Assembly (NCBI GenBank): GCA_021821305.1
Contig: JAKACP010000001.1
Span: 68,934-132,933, forward strand
DNA length: 64,000 nt
Origin: a bacterium
Lineage (GTDB): Bacteria > Patescibacteriota > Minisyncoccia > Moranbacterales > UBA1568
Reading direction: 5' to 3'
Shown: positions 26,965 through 36,599 of the stretch, one piece after another
How the letters are laid out: each line of letters opens with the position of its first letter
Numbering within the stretch: the first letter of the stretch is position 1
The notes under the pieces: generated by a model
Database searches by the model: none
Told to the model about the DNA's origin: nothing
The model's input: only the letters and a program-made list of their open reading frames with translations
Made by a program: the position numbers and the translations under genes

Positions 26965-27618
26965 TTATTTCGATATGAGAAAATACGCGTCGGCAAGGAA
27001 CAGGATGAGCCATCCGGATGCCCAGGAATAGTAGATGGAACGGGTGTACGAGGCGATGAATCCCGATGACAGGGCCGCGACCAGCAAGGGGGCGCTCTGC
27101 CAGAAAATTCCGTCGGTCACGAGGAGAAACGCCGAAAATATGGCGAATTGGAAAAATACAGCCGATAACCCGTATCGCCCGAGCCACAGAAGCTGTATGA
27201 ATCCGCGAAAGAACACCTCGTAGAGGAACGCGATCATGCCGACCGCGAACACCTCGTAGAGGAGAAATATCGGAAACGAGGACATCGCGAGCGAAGGGAG
27301 ATAGTATCCTTCGCCGACCGGATAATACCGGACCAGGAGATAGAGGACGGAGAGGGCCGAAACCGCCGCGAGCGGGACGGACAGCCACCCGAACCGTCGC
27401 ACGCTCGGACCGAGACCGATCGCGGAAACGGATTCCTTGCGGATCATCCGGACGTAGAGCACGGGAAGGATGCCGAGAAACGCGACGCCGAGGACGATCG
27501 ACTGGGTCACGCCGTTCAATTTCGCGTCGACCGGAAACAGATAGTAGGCCGAGAGCGCGAGCAGTACCGCCAACCCGTCGGCGAGGAACCGTTTCTTCGA
27601 GAGCATCATCGTAGTCAT
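26965..27618 (-). CDS. CPBP-family (CAAX protease/Abi) intramembrane metalloprotease
   Basis: The polytopic 217-aa product has the EVFFRGF motif (EExxxR-type motif 1) and further TM helices. Confidence 0.65.
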   Translation of the reverse strand: MTTMMLSKKRFLADGLAVLLALSAYYLFPVDAKLNGVTQSIVLGVAFLGILPVLYVRMIRKESVSAIGLGPSVRRFGWLSVPLAAVSALSVLYLLVRYYPVGEGYYLPSLAMSSFPIFLLYEVFAVGMIAFLYEVFFRGFIQLLWLGRYGLSAVFFQFAIFSAFLLVTDGIFWQSAPLLVAALSSGFIASYTRSIYYSWASGWLILFLADAYFLISK

Positions 27619-27658
27619 AGGAATCGTTCGTTTTTCTTTTCCGTATTATACACCGAAA

Positions 27659-28024
27659 TCAGGTTTTCCGCCTACTCCTCGCGGCTTCGGCCTGGGACAT
27701 GAACCGGATGGCGATCGCGGCCAACGTCTGGAGCGGGAGGAGATTAAGGACGATGAAGAGTCCCTCGATCATGCCGGTAAGCCCGAGGAGGACCCAGCGC
27801 TTGAGGAGCCGTTTGAATATCTCGCTCGCGTTTTGGGACATGATCTGCGGGTCGAGCATGACGATCATCATCTGTATCGATGTCGACATGAAGGCGAGCA
27901 CCGTCGTCACGCCCGGGAAATACCCCGTCGCGAAGTCGAGGATGTCGTCGAGCGCCCCGAACATGATGAGGAGCATCGAGATGATGAGGGAGGGCTGCTC
28001 CGGTTTCGGGACGTTGGCCGGCAT
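27659..28024 (-). CDS. small hypothetical membrane protein (121 aa, ~3 TM)
   Basis: It is an operon member between the VirB4-like ATPase gene and the CPBP gene. Confidence 0.5.
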   Translation of the reverse strand: MPANVPKPEQPSLIISMLLIMFGALDDILDFATGYFPGVTTVLAFMSTSIQMMIVMLDPQIMSQNASEIFKRLLKRWVLLGLTGMIEGLFIVLNLLPLQTLAAIAIRFMSQAEAARSRRKT

Positions 28025-28040
28025 ATCGTTGGTTCTCCGG

Positions 28041-30665
28041 TTATTTCCCCTCGTCGAAGTCCTTCTTCGCGGCGTCGATCTCGGCCAGCTGTCGCGGGTC
28101 GGTGGTGATGATCTGATCCTCGCTATACGACGCGATGACCTTGATCGCGACGTGCTTGGTGCCCGCGAAGAAGATGCCTTCGCCGACGTTGGATTCGAGG
28201 AGAAGGAACTTCTCGTGATCGGTGAGGTAGAACGTCTCGGCGATGAGGTCGACCGAGGCCGGCGACTGCTTGAGGAGGAGCTGCATCGACGAGTTCGTCA
28301 CGATCGGTTTGCCGTAGCGCGATGACATGAAGTCGGCGATATCCTGCGTGATCGTCGTGAGCCCCGTGTAGTATTTGCGACAGCGCTTCGCGATACCGAA
28401 GAGGAACGCGGCGGCATCCTCGTTCTGCATCATGATCCACGCCTCGTCGACGACCACCATGCGTCTGCGCATATCGGAACGCATCTCGTTCCAGATATAC
28501 TGGAGCACGACATACATCGCGATCGGGCGGAGCTCGTTCTCGAGGTCGCGGATATTGAACACGATGAGCTGCTTGTCCATCGAGATATTGGTCTGGTTGT
28601 TGAGAAATCCCCCGAACACGCCCTCGGTGTAGCGCTCGAGCCTCGCCGCGAGCGATTCGGCGCCCTCGAGGTTCCTCAACACCTCATAGAGATCCGCCAT
28701 CGTGGGGAACGACGTCGCGGTGAGCGTGGAGTAGTTCGTGGTCTCGGTGATGTCGCGGATGGCGTAGGTCTCGCGGATGGCACGGTCGAGGATGGAGTCC
28801 TCCTCCGGCGTCACGGCGCCGAGCATGAGATGGAGCAGTCCGATGAGGTTCGCGATATGGCTCCGGAGGACGCCCTCGTCGTCAGCGTCTTCCTTGCCCA
28901 CCTTGGGGAGGTCGAACGGGTTGAGGTGCGCCTGGGAGTTGAGCGCGATGCTCATGAACGTCCCGCCGACCGTCTCGCAGAGGTGTTTGTATTCGTTTTC
29001 CGGGTCGATGATGATGACGTTCGTCCCGAACATCATCGAACGGAGCACCTCGAGCTTGATCGTATAGCTTTTTCCGGCACCGGACTTCGCGAAGACCACC
29101 ATGTTAGCGTTCTCCATCTTGAACCGATCGAAGAGGACGAGCGAGTTGTTGTGCCGGTTGATGCCGTAAAGCACGCCGTCGTTCGACGAGAGATCGGAGG
29201 AGACGAACGGGAAGGTCGTCGAAAGCGGGGAGGTGTTGAGGTTGTTGGCGATATCGAGCGTGTCCATCGCGAGCGGCCGGGTCGCGACGAACCCCTGGTC
29301 CATGCGGAGCACGGCCGGCTTGGTGAACACGAGCTGGGCCTCGAGGATCGCCTCTATGTTCTTGGACAGCTCGTTGAGCGCGCTGTCGTCCTTGGCATAG
29401 ATCGTCATGTAGAGGCCGAAGCGGAAGAACTTCTCGGTTCCCTGCTGGAGCTTATCGCGGAGCTCCTCGATGTTCTGGAGCGCGGATTCGAGCACGGGGT
29501 CGCGTATCTTCCCCTCCTCCGCCTCGATGTTGATCTGCGACTGCACCTGCGTCGCGGCGCGGCGCAGGTCCTTGACGATGTCGCGCGTGTCGATCGGGTG
29601 GATGAAGAACGCGATATCCATCGGCGCATCCATGTTGATGATCGGCGAGAACCAGTTGGTGCCGAGATACTTCGGATACGCCACGATGAAATGCGTCCGG
29701 GAGGCGACTTCGCCGATCTGGATGGTGTTCGGGGTGAGCCGTATCGCCGGCGGCGCGATGAGGTCGCGAAGCGTCGCGACCCCCTTCTCATAGACCGCTT
29801 CGGTTTCGGAGATCGCCGATCCCGAGAAACGCGACGACTGCGGAGCGGCACCCGGGATGCTCGCGGAAGGCGCGGACTGAAAGTCTGCCAGATCGGCCGC
29901 GAAGGGACGATACTGGGACACGGGTGCGGATTCGGGTTCGACGGCCCGCTCCGGAGCGGAGGAGGGCTGTCTGAAGGCCGAAGGATCGATCGGGGCGAAC
30001 GTCTGGACCGGTGCGGCATCCAGCTGTGGCTCGGGTGTCGGCGCAGGCATCGGCTCCGGAGCTGGCGGGGTCGGAGCGGAATCCGGGACCGGATCAGGAA
30101 ACGGCCTCACGGGTGCGGGAGCATATTCCGGAACCGGTGTCGGTTGCGGCTCGGGTGTGATTTCGGGGACAGACGGAGGCTGTGGTGCTGGTGTGGACGC
30201 GGGTTCCGGCTCGGGTATGGGCTGTGGCACCGGTGTCGGTGTGGGCGTGCGCATCGGCTCCGGTTGCGGCGCGAGTGTCGGCTGTACGACTGGTTCGGCC
30301 ACAGGACGCGCGGCGACCGGAGGCACGTACGGAGCCGCGGACGACGGATACGGCTGCGACGGTCCGACGCCGATCAGGCTCGCCGAATGCGACGCCGGAT
30401 CGGTGAACGACGCGGGGGTAGAGTCGGCAGGAGTGATCGGCGAGTACGCCGGCTTGGCCATCGACGGAGAGACGTTCTGATATGCCTGGATGGGAAGCTG
30501 TCCGTTCGGGGCGGAGGCGAACGGCGACGGCGTCGGGGTCGCCGGCTGCGCGTTGACGAGCGGAGCGGAGGCGGCGGAAGAGGAATTTTTCTTGCCGAAA
30601 CCGAGCCAGCCGAGGAGCGACTTCTTCTTGTTGAGATCTTCCTTGAAAATGATCCTGTCCGTCAT
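28041..30665 (-). CDS. VirB4/TrsE/PrgJ-family T4SS ATPase with a ~330-aa Pro/Ala/Ser-rich low-complexity N-terminal region
   Basis: Walker A is VVFAKSGAGKSYT and Walker B is RMVVVDEAWIMM (the DEAW box typical of VirB4). The C-terminal region is conserved (LLLKQSPASVD). Confidence 0.8.
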   Translation of the reverse strand: MTDRIIFKEDLNKKKSLLGWLGFGKKNSSSAASAPLVNAQPATPTPSPFASAPNGQLPIQAYQNVSPSMAKPAYSPITPADSTPASFTDPASHSASLIGVGPSQPYPSSAAPYVPPVAARPVAEPVVQPTLAPQPEPMRTPTPTPVPQPIPEPEPASTPAPQPPSVPEITPEPQPTPVPEYAPAPVRPFPDPVPDSAPTPPAPEPMPAPTPEPQLDAAPVQTFAPIDPSAFRQPSSAPERAVEPESAPVSQYRPFAADLADFQSAPSASIPGAAPQSSRFSGSAISETEAVYEKGVATLRDLIAPPAIRLTPNTIQIGEVASRTHFIVAYPKYLGTNWFSPIINMDAPMDIAFFIHPIDTRDIVKDLRRAATQVQSQINIEAEEGKIRDPVLESALQNIEELRDKLQQGTEKFFRFGLYMTIYAKDDSALNELSKNIEAILEAQLVFTKPAVLRMDQGFVATRPLAMDTLDIANNLNTSPLSTTFPFVSSDLSSNDGVLYGINRHNNSLVLFDRFKMENANMVVFAKSGAGKSYTIKLEVLRSMMFGTNVIIIDPENEYKHLCETVGGTFMSIALNSQAHLNPFDLPKVGKEDADDEGVLRSHIANLIGLLHLMLGAVTPEEDSILDRAIRETYAIRDITETTNYSTLTATSFPTMADLYEVLRNLEGAESLAARLERYTEGVFGGFLNNQTNISMDKQLIVFNIRDLENELRPIAMYVVLQYIWNEMRSDMRRRMVVVDEAWIMMQNEDAAAFLFGIAKRCRKYYTGLTTITQDIADFMSSRYGKPIVTNSSMQLLLKQSPASVDLIAETFYLTDHEKFLLLESNVGEGIFFAGTKHVAIKVIASYSEDQIITTDPRQLAEIDAAKKDFDEGK

Positions 30666-30670
30666 AGGGG

Positions 30671-31360
30671 TCAGCGGTTATGGATCTCCATCTCATCCAC
30701 GTTGCGGACCACGGTCGTCGTGAAGAGCGACGGATTATAGGTGTTGTAGAGGAGCTCGATGATCTCCTCGGTGTTGAGCATCGTCGTCCGCACGCCGGTT
30801 CCCGACAGCGCGGCCGAAACCTGCTGTGCGCGCTGGAACAGCTGGCTCTTGTACGTCTCGAACAGCTCTCCGCGTCCGGACATGTGCTGTTTGGGGTTCA
30901 TGATGGCGCCGATTTTCCCGAACAATCCGCCCGACTGGGTCTCCGACGGAGCGAACGGGACGACGATATAGAAAAACTTCGACATGATGTTGGACACTTC
31001 GGTCAGGTTCTTGACGAAGTTCCGGTATTCGGAAATCTGGAAGCGCAAAAGCTCGTTCTCCTGCTTCTTCTCCTCCTCCTGGAGTTTCTCGAGATACGGC
31101 TCGATTCGGAACCGGCGCGAGTGCACGATGATCTGCACGGGAAAATCGAGCGAGTTCAGGAAGTTCTGATACTGCGCGATGATCGCATCCTGTTCCTCGC
31201 TCGACTTGAGATCGAAGTTGACCGAGGACGCGAGGAGCACCGCACGGAGACCCGAACTCTTGAGCACGATCACGCCGTCGCGGACCTCTTCCACGTCGAC
31301 ATACTTCTGGGTGCTCGCGGCCCCCGACGACACCTTCTTGTTTTTGTTGAGAAATTCCAC
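30671..31360 (-). CDS. hypothetical T4SS-associated protein (229 aa); resembles the N-terminal non-ATPase domain of VirB4-like proteins
   Basis: GVIVLKSSGLRAVLLASSVNFDLKSSEEQDAIIAQYQNFLNSLDFPVQIIVHSRR. It lies 5 nt upstream of the VirB4-like ORF. Confidence 0.45.
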   Translation of the reverse strand: MEFLNKNKKVSSGAASTQKYVDVEEVRDGVIVLKSSGLRAVLLASSVNFDLKSSEEQDAIIAQYQNFLNSLDFPVQIIVHSRRFRIEPYLEKLQEEEKKQENELLRFQISEYRNFVKNLTEVSNIMSKFFYIVVPFAPSETQSGGLFGKIGAIMNPKQHMSGRGELFETYKSQLFQRAQQVSAALSGTGVRTTMLNTEEIIELLYNTYNPSLFTTTVVRNVDEMEIHNR

Positions 31361-31397
31361 GCCGGTAAGATAAAATATGAACCTCGGATCGCGTGCG

Positions 31398-31796
31398 TCA
31401 CTTCCGGTCGATCATCTCCGCGAGGAGGCGGATATCTTCCGCGCTGACCGCCTTGGAGTGCGGCTGTGCCTCCGGCGTCTCGTTTCTTTTGGCCGTCGGT
31501 TTCCGGAGCATGCCGCCGACCGGGCGGTCCCACATCATCACCTTGGGTCGGAAGAGGAACAGGAAGGCGTTTCCGAAGTACGTGATGAGCGGTTGCCCGT
31601 TCGGGCGGTAGAAGGCGAGGGCGACGAAGAGCAGTACGACCGGGACCGCGGCGATGATCATGACCGCCCCGTCGAGGGCGAAGAAGATCGCGAGGAGCAC
31701 GCCCGTCATGCCGATCATCCAGAGCAGCTGCTTGACCGTGAGCGGCCCAGCGATCTTGTCCTCGACATCGATGAATTGGGGAACATTGAACATCAT
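31398..31796 (-). CDS. PrgI/VirB3-like small 2-TM protein
   Basis: The 132-aa product has two adjacent TM helices (LLWMIGMTGVLLAIFFAL / VMIIAAVPVVLLFVALAFY). It sits upstream of VirB4, as in Gram-positive T4SS loci. Confidence 0.45.
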   Translation of the reverse strand: MMFNVPQFIDVEDKIAGPLTVKQLLWMIGMTGVLLAIFFALDGAVMIIAAVPVVLLFVALAFYRPNGQPLITYFGNAFLFLFRPKVMMWDRPVGGMLRKPTAKRNETPEAQPHSKAVSAEDIRLLAEMIDRK

Positions 31797-31799
31797 ACG

Positions 31800-33074
31800 C
31801 TATTCGTTCTTGAGATCGACGATCCGCCCCATATCCTCGTCGCCGCTTTTCCCATGCAGGCTCACCGGACGGATCTGAAACGGATTCATCTTCTGCGCGG
31901 GACTCGGTCCGGCCGGAGCGGCGTCCTTCGACTTGTCGAAAAACGATTCCCCGGACGGGATGGTTCCTCCCGACTGCTGCTTGATCGCGAATTTCTGGGA
32001 ACCTCCCTGTTCCGATTGGAGCGTGTGGTTCGATGAGAACGAGAACTGGTCATCCTGTCCCGCGGCGGGTTTCTTTTCCGGAGTGGGCTTGGTCTCGAGG
32101 CTCGTGAAGTGCATGCCCTTGCCGATGCGGAAACCGCTCTCCTGCGGGGCCGCCTGCGGCGCGGCCGGAGCCTGTGGCGCGACGGGCACGGGCGGCACCG
32201 CCCGCTTCGGAGCCTGCGGAGGGGTGAACGGCTTGGGGGCCGGAGCCGCGACCGGCGTCGACTTGAACGCTTCGAGAAGCGACTTCGGCTTCCCTTCGGC
32301 GGAGATCTTCTTTCCCGGGGTCGGGGCCTTTGGCGCGGCCTGGCCGTCCGTCACCGAAAACGACGGGAAGACGATCTCCATCTTCCGTACATCGATATCG
32401 ACGGGGACATTGTCCTCGATCGAGCGCAGCACGAGGTTGAGGCGCTCGCGCTCCTCGGATGAGAGGGATTTGCAGTTCGGAGAATTGAAGAGGAACTTCG
32501 CCCGCAGGACGGGATCGTGATACCCGACGCCGAGCTCGTCGCGATAGGAGCGGAGCCAGTTGACGAGGCTCGGGCGCACCGGCTCGGGCTGGCTCTTGAT
32601 GCGGATCTTTTCGCGGCTCAATTGCTGTTCCGCAAGTCGCGCGTACTTGCCGAGCGCCGCGAGGAGCGGGAGCTTTTCCGAGGAGACCGGAGCGGATTCT
32701 TCCGGAGCGGAAACCGTCTCCGGATCGGGCTGTACGGTGAGGACGTTTTTTTCGATGAATTCCGCGAGCTTCGCCTTGTCGGCTCCGGTAAACGAGGCGA
32801 TCTCTTCCGCGGCGGCCGCCACGGTCTTCTTGTTGAAAAAAAGTTCGCGAATGATACCGCTCATCCGGACGATATCCGCGCCTTTCACGGAAAAATCCCC
32901 CGCGAGCGAGCGGAGTCTGAGCGGAAGCGCCGAAGACATAAGCTTCTTCCGCGTTTCCGGCGGAAGCGCCTTGTACGTGCCCCATGCGGCGCGAAGCGAT
33001 GCTTCGGCGGACTCACCCTCGAAGGCGAGCATGGGGTAGTACCGCGCGTCGATTTCCTCTTGTGATACGGTCAT
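31800..33074 (-). CDS. hypothetical protein (424 aa) with a Pro/Ala-rich central region
   Basis: It is an operon member with no recognised family. Confidence 0.45.
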   Translation of the reverse strand: MTVSQEEIDARYYPMLAFEGESAEASLRAAWGTYKALPPETRKKLMSSALPLRLRSLAGDFSVKGADIVRMSGIIRELFFNKKTVAAAAEEIASFTGADKAKLAEFIEKNVLTVQPDPETVSAPEESAPVSSEKLPLLAALGKYARLAEQQLSREKIRIKSQPEPVRPSLVNWLRSYRDELGVGYHDPVLRAKFLFNSPNCKSLSSEERERLNLVLRSIEDNVPVDIDVRKMEIVFPSFSVTDGQAAPKAPTPGKKISAEGKPKSLLEAFKSTPVAAPAPKPFTPPQAPKRAVPPVPVAPQAPAAPQAAPQESGFRIGKGMHFTSLETKPTPEKKPAAGQDDQFSFSSNHTLQSEQGGSQKFAIKQQSGGTIPSGESFFDKSKDAAPAGPSPAQKMNPFQIRPVSLHGKSGDEDMGRIVDLKNE

Positions 33075-33077
33075 ATT

Positions 33078-35177
33078 TTACGTCGTTGGGTTTTGTTTTT
33101 CGGCATCGCGCGCCTGCTTCGCCGCCGCTATGTTCGTGTCGGTCATGATCTTTCTTTCGTTCCGCGGAGCGGATTGCGATTTCAGGAGCACGTTCGCCCA
33201 CTTCCCTTCATGCTGTGCGTTCGACGGCGATTTCACGAGCTCGTCCATCACGCTCTGCGCCCATTTCGGACTCGTCGTCGCGCGGTTCTCGGCATAGGTC
33301 ATGAAGTGCTTGTCATCGAATATCTCACCTTGCTTGACGATATCAGAGGCGCCCATCTTGCCCAACACTTCGGTGTAGGCACCCTGGTACGCGTCGGCTT
33401 CGCTCGTCCCCGGGGCGCGCTTGCTGACCTGGTAATCGACGATGACTTTGGTCTTCCCTTCCTTGCGGAGCTTCCCGTCGAGGGACTTCTTGAGAACAGC
33501 GTTTTCACCGGTAGCCTTGAACGCATCCGTGTCGAATGAGGACATCGCCGTTTCGTACTGCTTGGCGTCGAGCTTGAGCGCGTCGCCGCCCGCCTTCTCT
33601 ATGAGGGTCGATATCTCCTTGGTGTTGTCGCCGAGCGCCTGGAGCGCGTTGACGAAATCGTTCGCGCCCGTGAGCGCCTTCCTGTCGGCGAGCACCATGG
33701 CGGCGCCTCCGGCGGCTATCGGATCCTTGAAGCTTCCGTCGGCTTTCCTGTTTTCGGCACCTATCTGCTTGAGGAGTTCCGAATTGCTCACGTTCCCCTT
33801 CTTGAATTCATCCGCCTGTTCATACGTACGCTTCCTCGCGAGCTCCTTCTCGGCATTGATGTATCCCTTCCGACCACCCTTGAAGAACCCGGCATATTTC
33901 GCCTCGCGCGCTTCCTCCTTCGCGGTACCGACACCCGGAACGGCGACGCCCGCGAATTTTCCTGTCTGCGCGAAATTCTTCCATCCCGCCTGCGCGCCCT
34001 TGACGGCGGCCGGCCCCTGCCCGAACGTGCCCGCGCGGAATGCGCCTCTCGCCGATTTCCGCCCGGCCCACTTGGAGAATTTCTGAGCACTGGCCCCAAC
34101 CTCTCTGGCTCCGGCAATCCCAGAGTTTTGCGCTACGATTATAGACATCCAAATCATCACGATCGGCGCTATGACAGCGACCATCGCCGCGAGATAGGTC
34201 CCGCCCCCCGTAGCTGATGAGTTATTCGCGATAGTGGTCGGGTTTCCAATGCCTCCAGGCCCTGTAAATCCTTCCAAGAACTTCAATGAGACAAGCATCA
34301 TGAGCATCGCTGCCGGCCCGAAAAAAGCATACTTCAGGAGGTTGTCCCACCACTTGGTCGCATAGGAACGGAATCCGGGTATCACCATCCCCGCGAATCC
34401 GACGGAGGAGAAGATGATGAGTACGACGAGCATGAGGGAGCGGATGAGGAACAGGATCGCGAGTACGAGCAAGGAAACACCGAACAGGAACATGAAAATG
34501 ATTCCTACGAGAAGCTTGGTGGTGATCTGACTATCGCCCTTGATATCCGAGACTTTAAAATTCTCCTTCCCAAGAATGAGTTTTTCAAGATTTGACGTTC
34601 CCAAAAACCGCTTCGTGACATTCTCCGCCTTCGCATCCGCCGGATTACTGAATATGCTCTCCATGAAAAAATACATGGGAACGTTGGCGACATCGATGAC
34701 GAATCGGGCTATAGGGAAACTGAAGTTGACGAGAAGCGCCATGAGAAGCAATTTCCCGAGCGACTTCTTGTAGTTGAAAGAGTCGATCTGGAATATCGTC
34801 GCGAAAGCGATGAAGAGGAGAGTGAGTATGAAAAAAAGGTTGAAGAAGTCCCGCACCATCTGCCAGAGCAAATAGATGGCCGGCATCGTGAACATCGTGT
34901 TGAACGCAACCGGATCCACGGTAAGCCCCAAAAGCATCGCCGACCATGTCACTGGGTAGGAAACAAGTGTAAAAACAGCGTAAAGAATTATATTGATGAC
35001 GTAGAAAAAAGCATCACCAGCGGTATCAGTAACGAAACTGAAAAGCCCGGCGTTAGCTTGGTGTATATCGAAAAAGAATACGAAAAAGAATATCGATAGA
35101 AAAAAAGCCGAAGAAAATTTATTTATTTTCGTTTTTCTTGAAATCATAGCGCGAAGCTTTCGGTCGAAATATACCAT
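33078..35177 (-). CDS. large polytopic membrane protein, VirB6/PrgH/ConG-like T4SS channel component candidate
   Basis: The 699-aa product has many TM helices and a Gly/Ala-rich C-terminal region. Its stop overlaps the next gene. Confidence 0.5.
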   Translation of the reverse strand: MVYFDRKLRAMISRKTKINKFSSAFFLSIFFFVFFFDIHQANAGLFSFVTDTAGDAFFYVINIILYAVFTLVSYPVTWSAMLLGLTVDPVAFNTMFTMPAIYLLWQMVRDFFNLFFILTLLFIAFATIFQIDSFNYKKSLGKLLLMALLVNFSFPIARFVIDVANVPMYFFMESIFSNPADAKAENVTKRFLGTSNLEKLILGKENFKVSDIKGDSQITTKLLVGIIFMFLFGVSLLVLAILFLIRSLMLVVLIIFSSVGFAGMVIPGFRSYATKWWDNLLKYAFFGPAAMLMMLVSLKFLEGFTGPGGIGNPTTIANNSSATGGGTYLAAMVAVIAPIVMIWMSIIVAQNSGIAGAREVGASAQKFSKWAGRKSARGAFRAGTFGQGPAAVKGAQAGWKNFAQTGKFAGVAVPGVGTAKEEAREAKYAGFFKGGRKGYINAEKELARKRTYEQADEFKKGNVSNSELLKQIGAENRKADGSFKDPIAAGGAAMVLADRKALTGANDFVNALQALGDNTKEISTLIEKAGGDALKLDAKQYETAMSSFDTDAFKATGENAVLKKSLDGKLRKEGKTKVIVDYQVSKRAPGTSEADAYQGAYTEVLGKMGASDIVKQGEIFDDKHFMTYAENRATTSPKWAQSVMDELVKSPSNAQHEGKWANVLLKSQSAPRNERKIMTDTNIAAAKQARDAEKQNPTT

Positions 35178-35243
35178 AAATTAAGAAAAATAAAAAACCC
35201 CTTAAAAAATAAGAGGTTTAAGATATGGCCGAAAAATTAACGG

Positions 35244-35681
35244 CTATATATAGTTCACTTCATTTCCGGTTGAGGGATCCCAGTAAGCCACCCTCCCGTT
35301 CGAAGATTGAATGTCTATATCCATCAAATCGGTCGAATCAAGATGTGCGACGACTTCTCTTGCCACCGGTTTGATTTCGATGAATAAGAGAACCTCCCCA
35401 TCATCACCGGAAACACGAAGGGTGTCAGCAGTGATCTCTTGCTTGAGAAAAGCCTGACGAATCGACTCACGCTGTTGTTCCGCTGCGTTACGAGTGGCAA
35501 AGTGCATATAAACGAATCGGGCACCCGGCTTCAAGACAAGCTTGACTTTCCCAGAATCGAATATTGACGATTCAACTTCCCCGCTTTGAGAAGCGGTTTT
35601 CTCGTCACCCAGACATCCGGAAAGGGAAACGGCCAGGAACAATGCGGCAAAGGCCGCAAATACCGATTTGAATGCTTTCAT
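35244..35681 (-). CDS. hypothetical lipoprotein
   Basis: The internal start MKAFKSVFAAFAALFLAVSLSGC gives a signal peptide plus lipobox. Confidence 0.5.
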   Translation of the reverse strand: MKAFKSVFAAFAALFLAVSLSGCLGDEKTASQSGEVESSIFDSGKVKLVLKPGARFVYMHFATRNAAEQQRESIRQAFLKQEITADTLRVSGDDGEVLLFIEIKPVAREVVAHLDSTDLMDIDIQSSNGRVAYWDPSTGNEVNYI

Positions 35682-36016
35682 GACGGTCTCCTTTCGAGAG
35701 ATTTGAGATCCGAACGGATCAGGGGAACTACGGTTTTTAAAGAAACAAAGGCTTATATCCACTGAACTCCTCTTTTGTGGAGTATCTCTTTATAGCAAAT
35801 TTTACGGATTTTGTCAATACTCCGACAAGTCGGAAAAGCACCATACTCCCTTATACAAGCCTCCCTGCCGTTTTCTTCCTATCCCAAGAAATGGTCCTTT
35901 CCCACCCCGGGCATGCATCCTCGTATCGAGGATGCCAGAACTCGTCGATCGGATGATTGGAGACAAGCTCAATGGTCTGATATTTGAGACAAGAGAGAGA
36001 AAATCAAAGAGCCCCT

Positions 36017-36517
36017 TTAGAGATAGAAGATCTTTACAAGCTTTGGCAAATCACCCTTTGTTTTCTCACCTTTTTCTATACTTTCAAAAAGCTCTTGTGG
36101 AGTCATCCAAAAATACTCCGTATAATCGTCTGGATTGTAGTTTGGAGCTTGATCTGTTCGAATTTCATAAACATTCATGAACGCCGCTACTCCATCTTTT
36201 TCAGGTGTAAGGTGTCCCAGAAGTTTCCATGGGGTTTTATCTGCATCAATATTGAGTTCTTCACTCAACTCTCTTTTAAAGGATACTTCGTAACTTTCCC
36301 CACTCTCAACATGCCCGCCCATACTCATATCTAAGCATGAGGGAAAAATCCGCTTATGAGCACCCCGGCGAGGCAGCCAAAGCTTGCCCTCAGAGTTGAC
36401 GAGAAAGGCATTCACCACACGAAAATTCGACAAGCCCTCGGCATAGACTTCCGAGCGAAGCTTCCTGCCGATCACCTCGTCTTTTTCGTTTACTAAATCG
36501 AGATATTCATCATTCAT
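36017..36517 (-). CDS. NUDIX hydrolase
   Basis: The Nudix box is GGHVESGESYEVSFKRELSEELNI. Confidence 0.8.
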   Translation of the reverse strand: MNDEYLDLVNEKDEVIGRKLRSEVYAEGLSNFRVVNAFLVNSEGKLWLPRRGAHKRIFPSCLDMSMGGHVESGESYEVSFKRELSEELNIDADKTPWKLLGHLTPEKDGVAAFMNVYEIRTDQAPNYNPDDYTEYFWMTPQELFESIEKGEKTKGDLPKLVKIFYL

Positions 36518-36599
36518 ACGCCTAAGGCAAAGTATAAAAGAAAAAAAAGAAGCTGTCCATCATGCGATGAACAGCCTTATAGCTAGTAGCGACCTAGTA

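Noticed and set aside
28830-30740. Plus-strand 636-aa ORF and several Arg/Gly-rich ORFs (29405-30019, 30094-30696, 30157-30480)
   Set aside because: They are antisense or alternative frames of the VirB4-like gene, in particular over its GC-rich Pro-codon repeat region. They have no start context or motifs.
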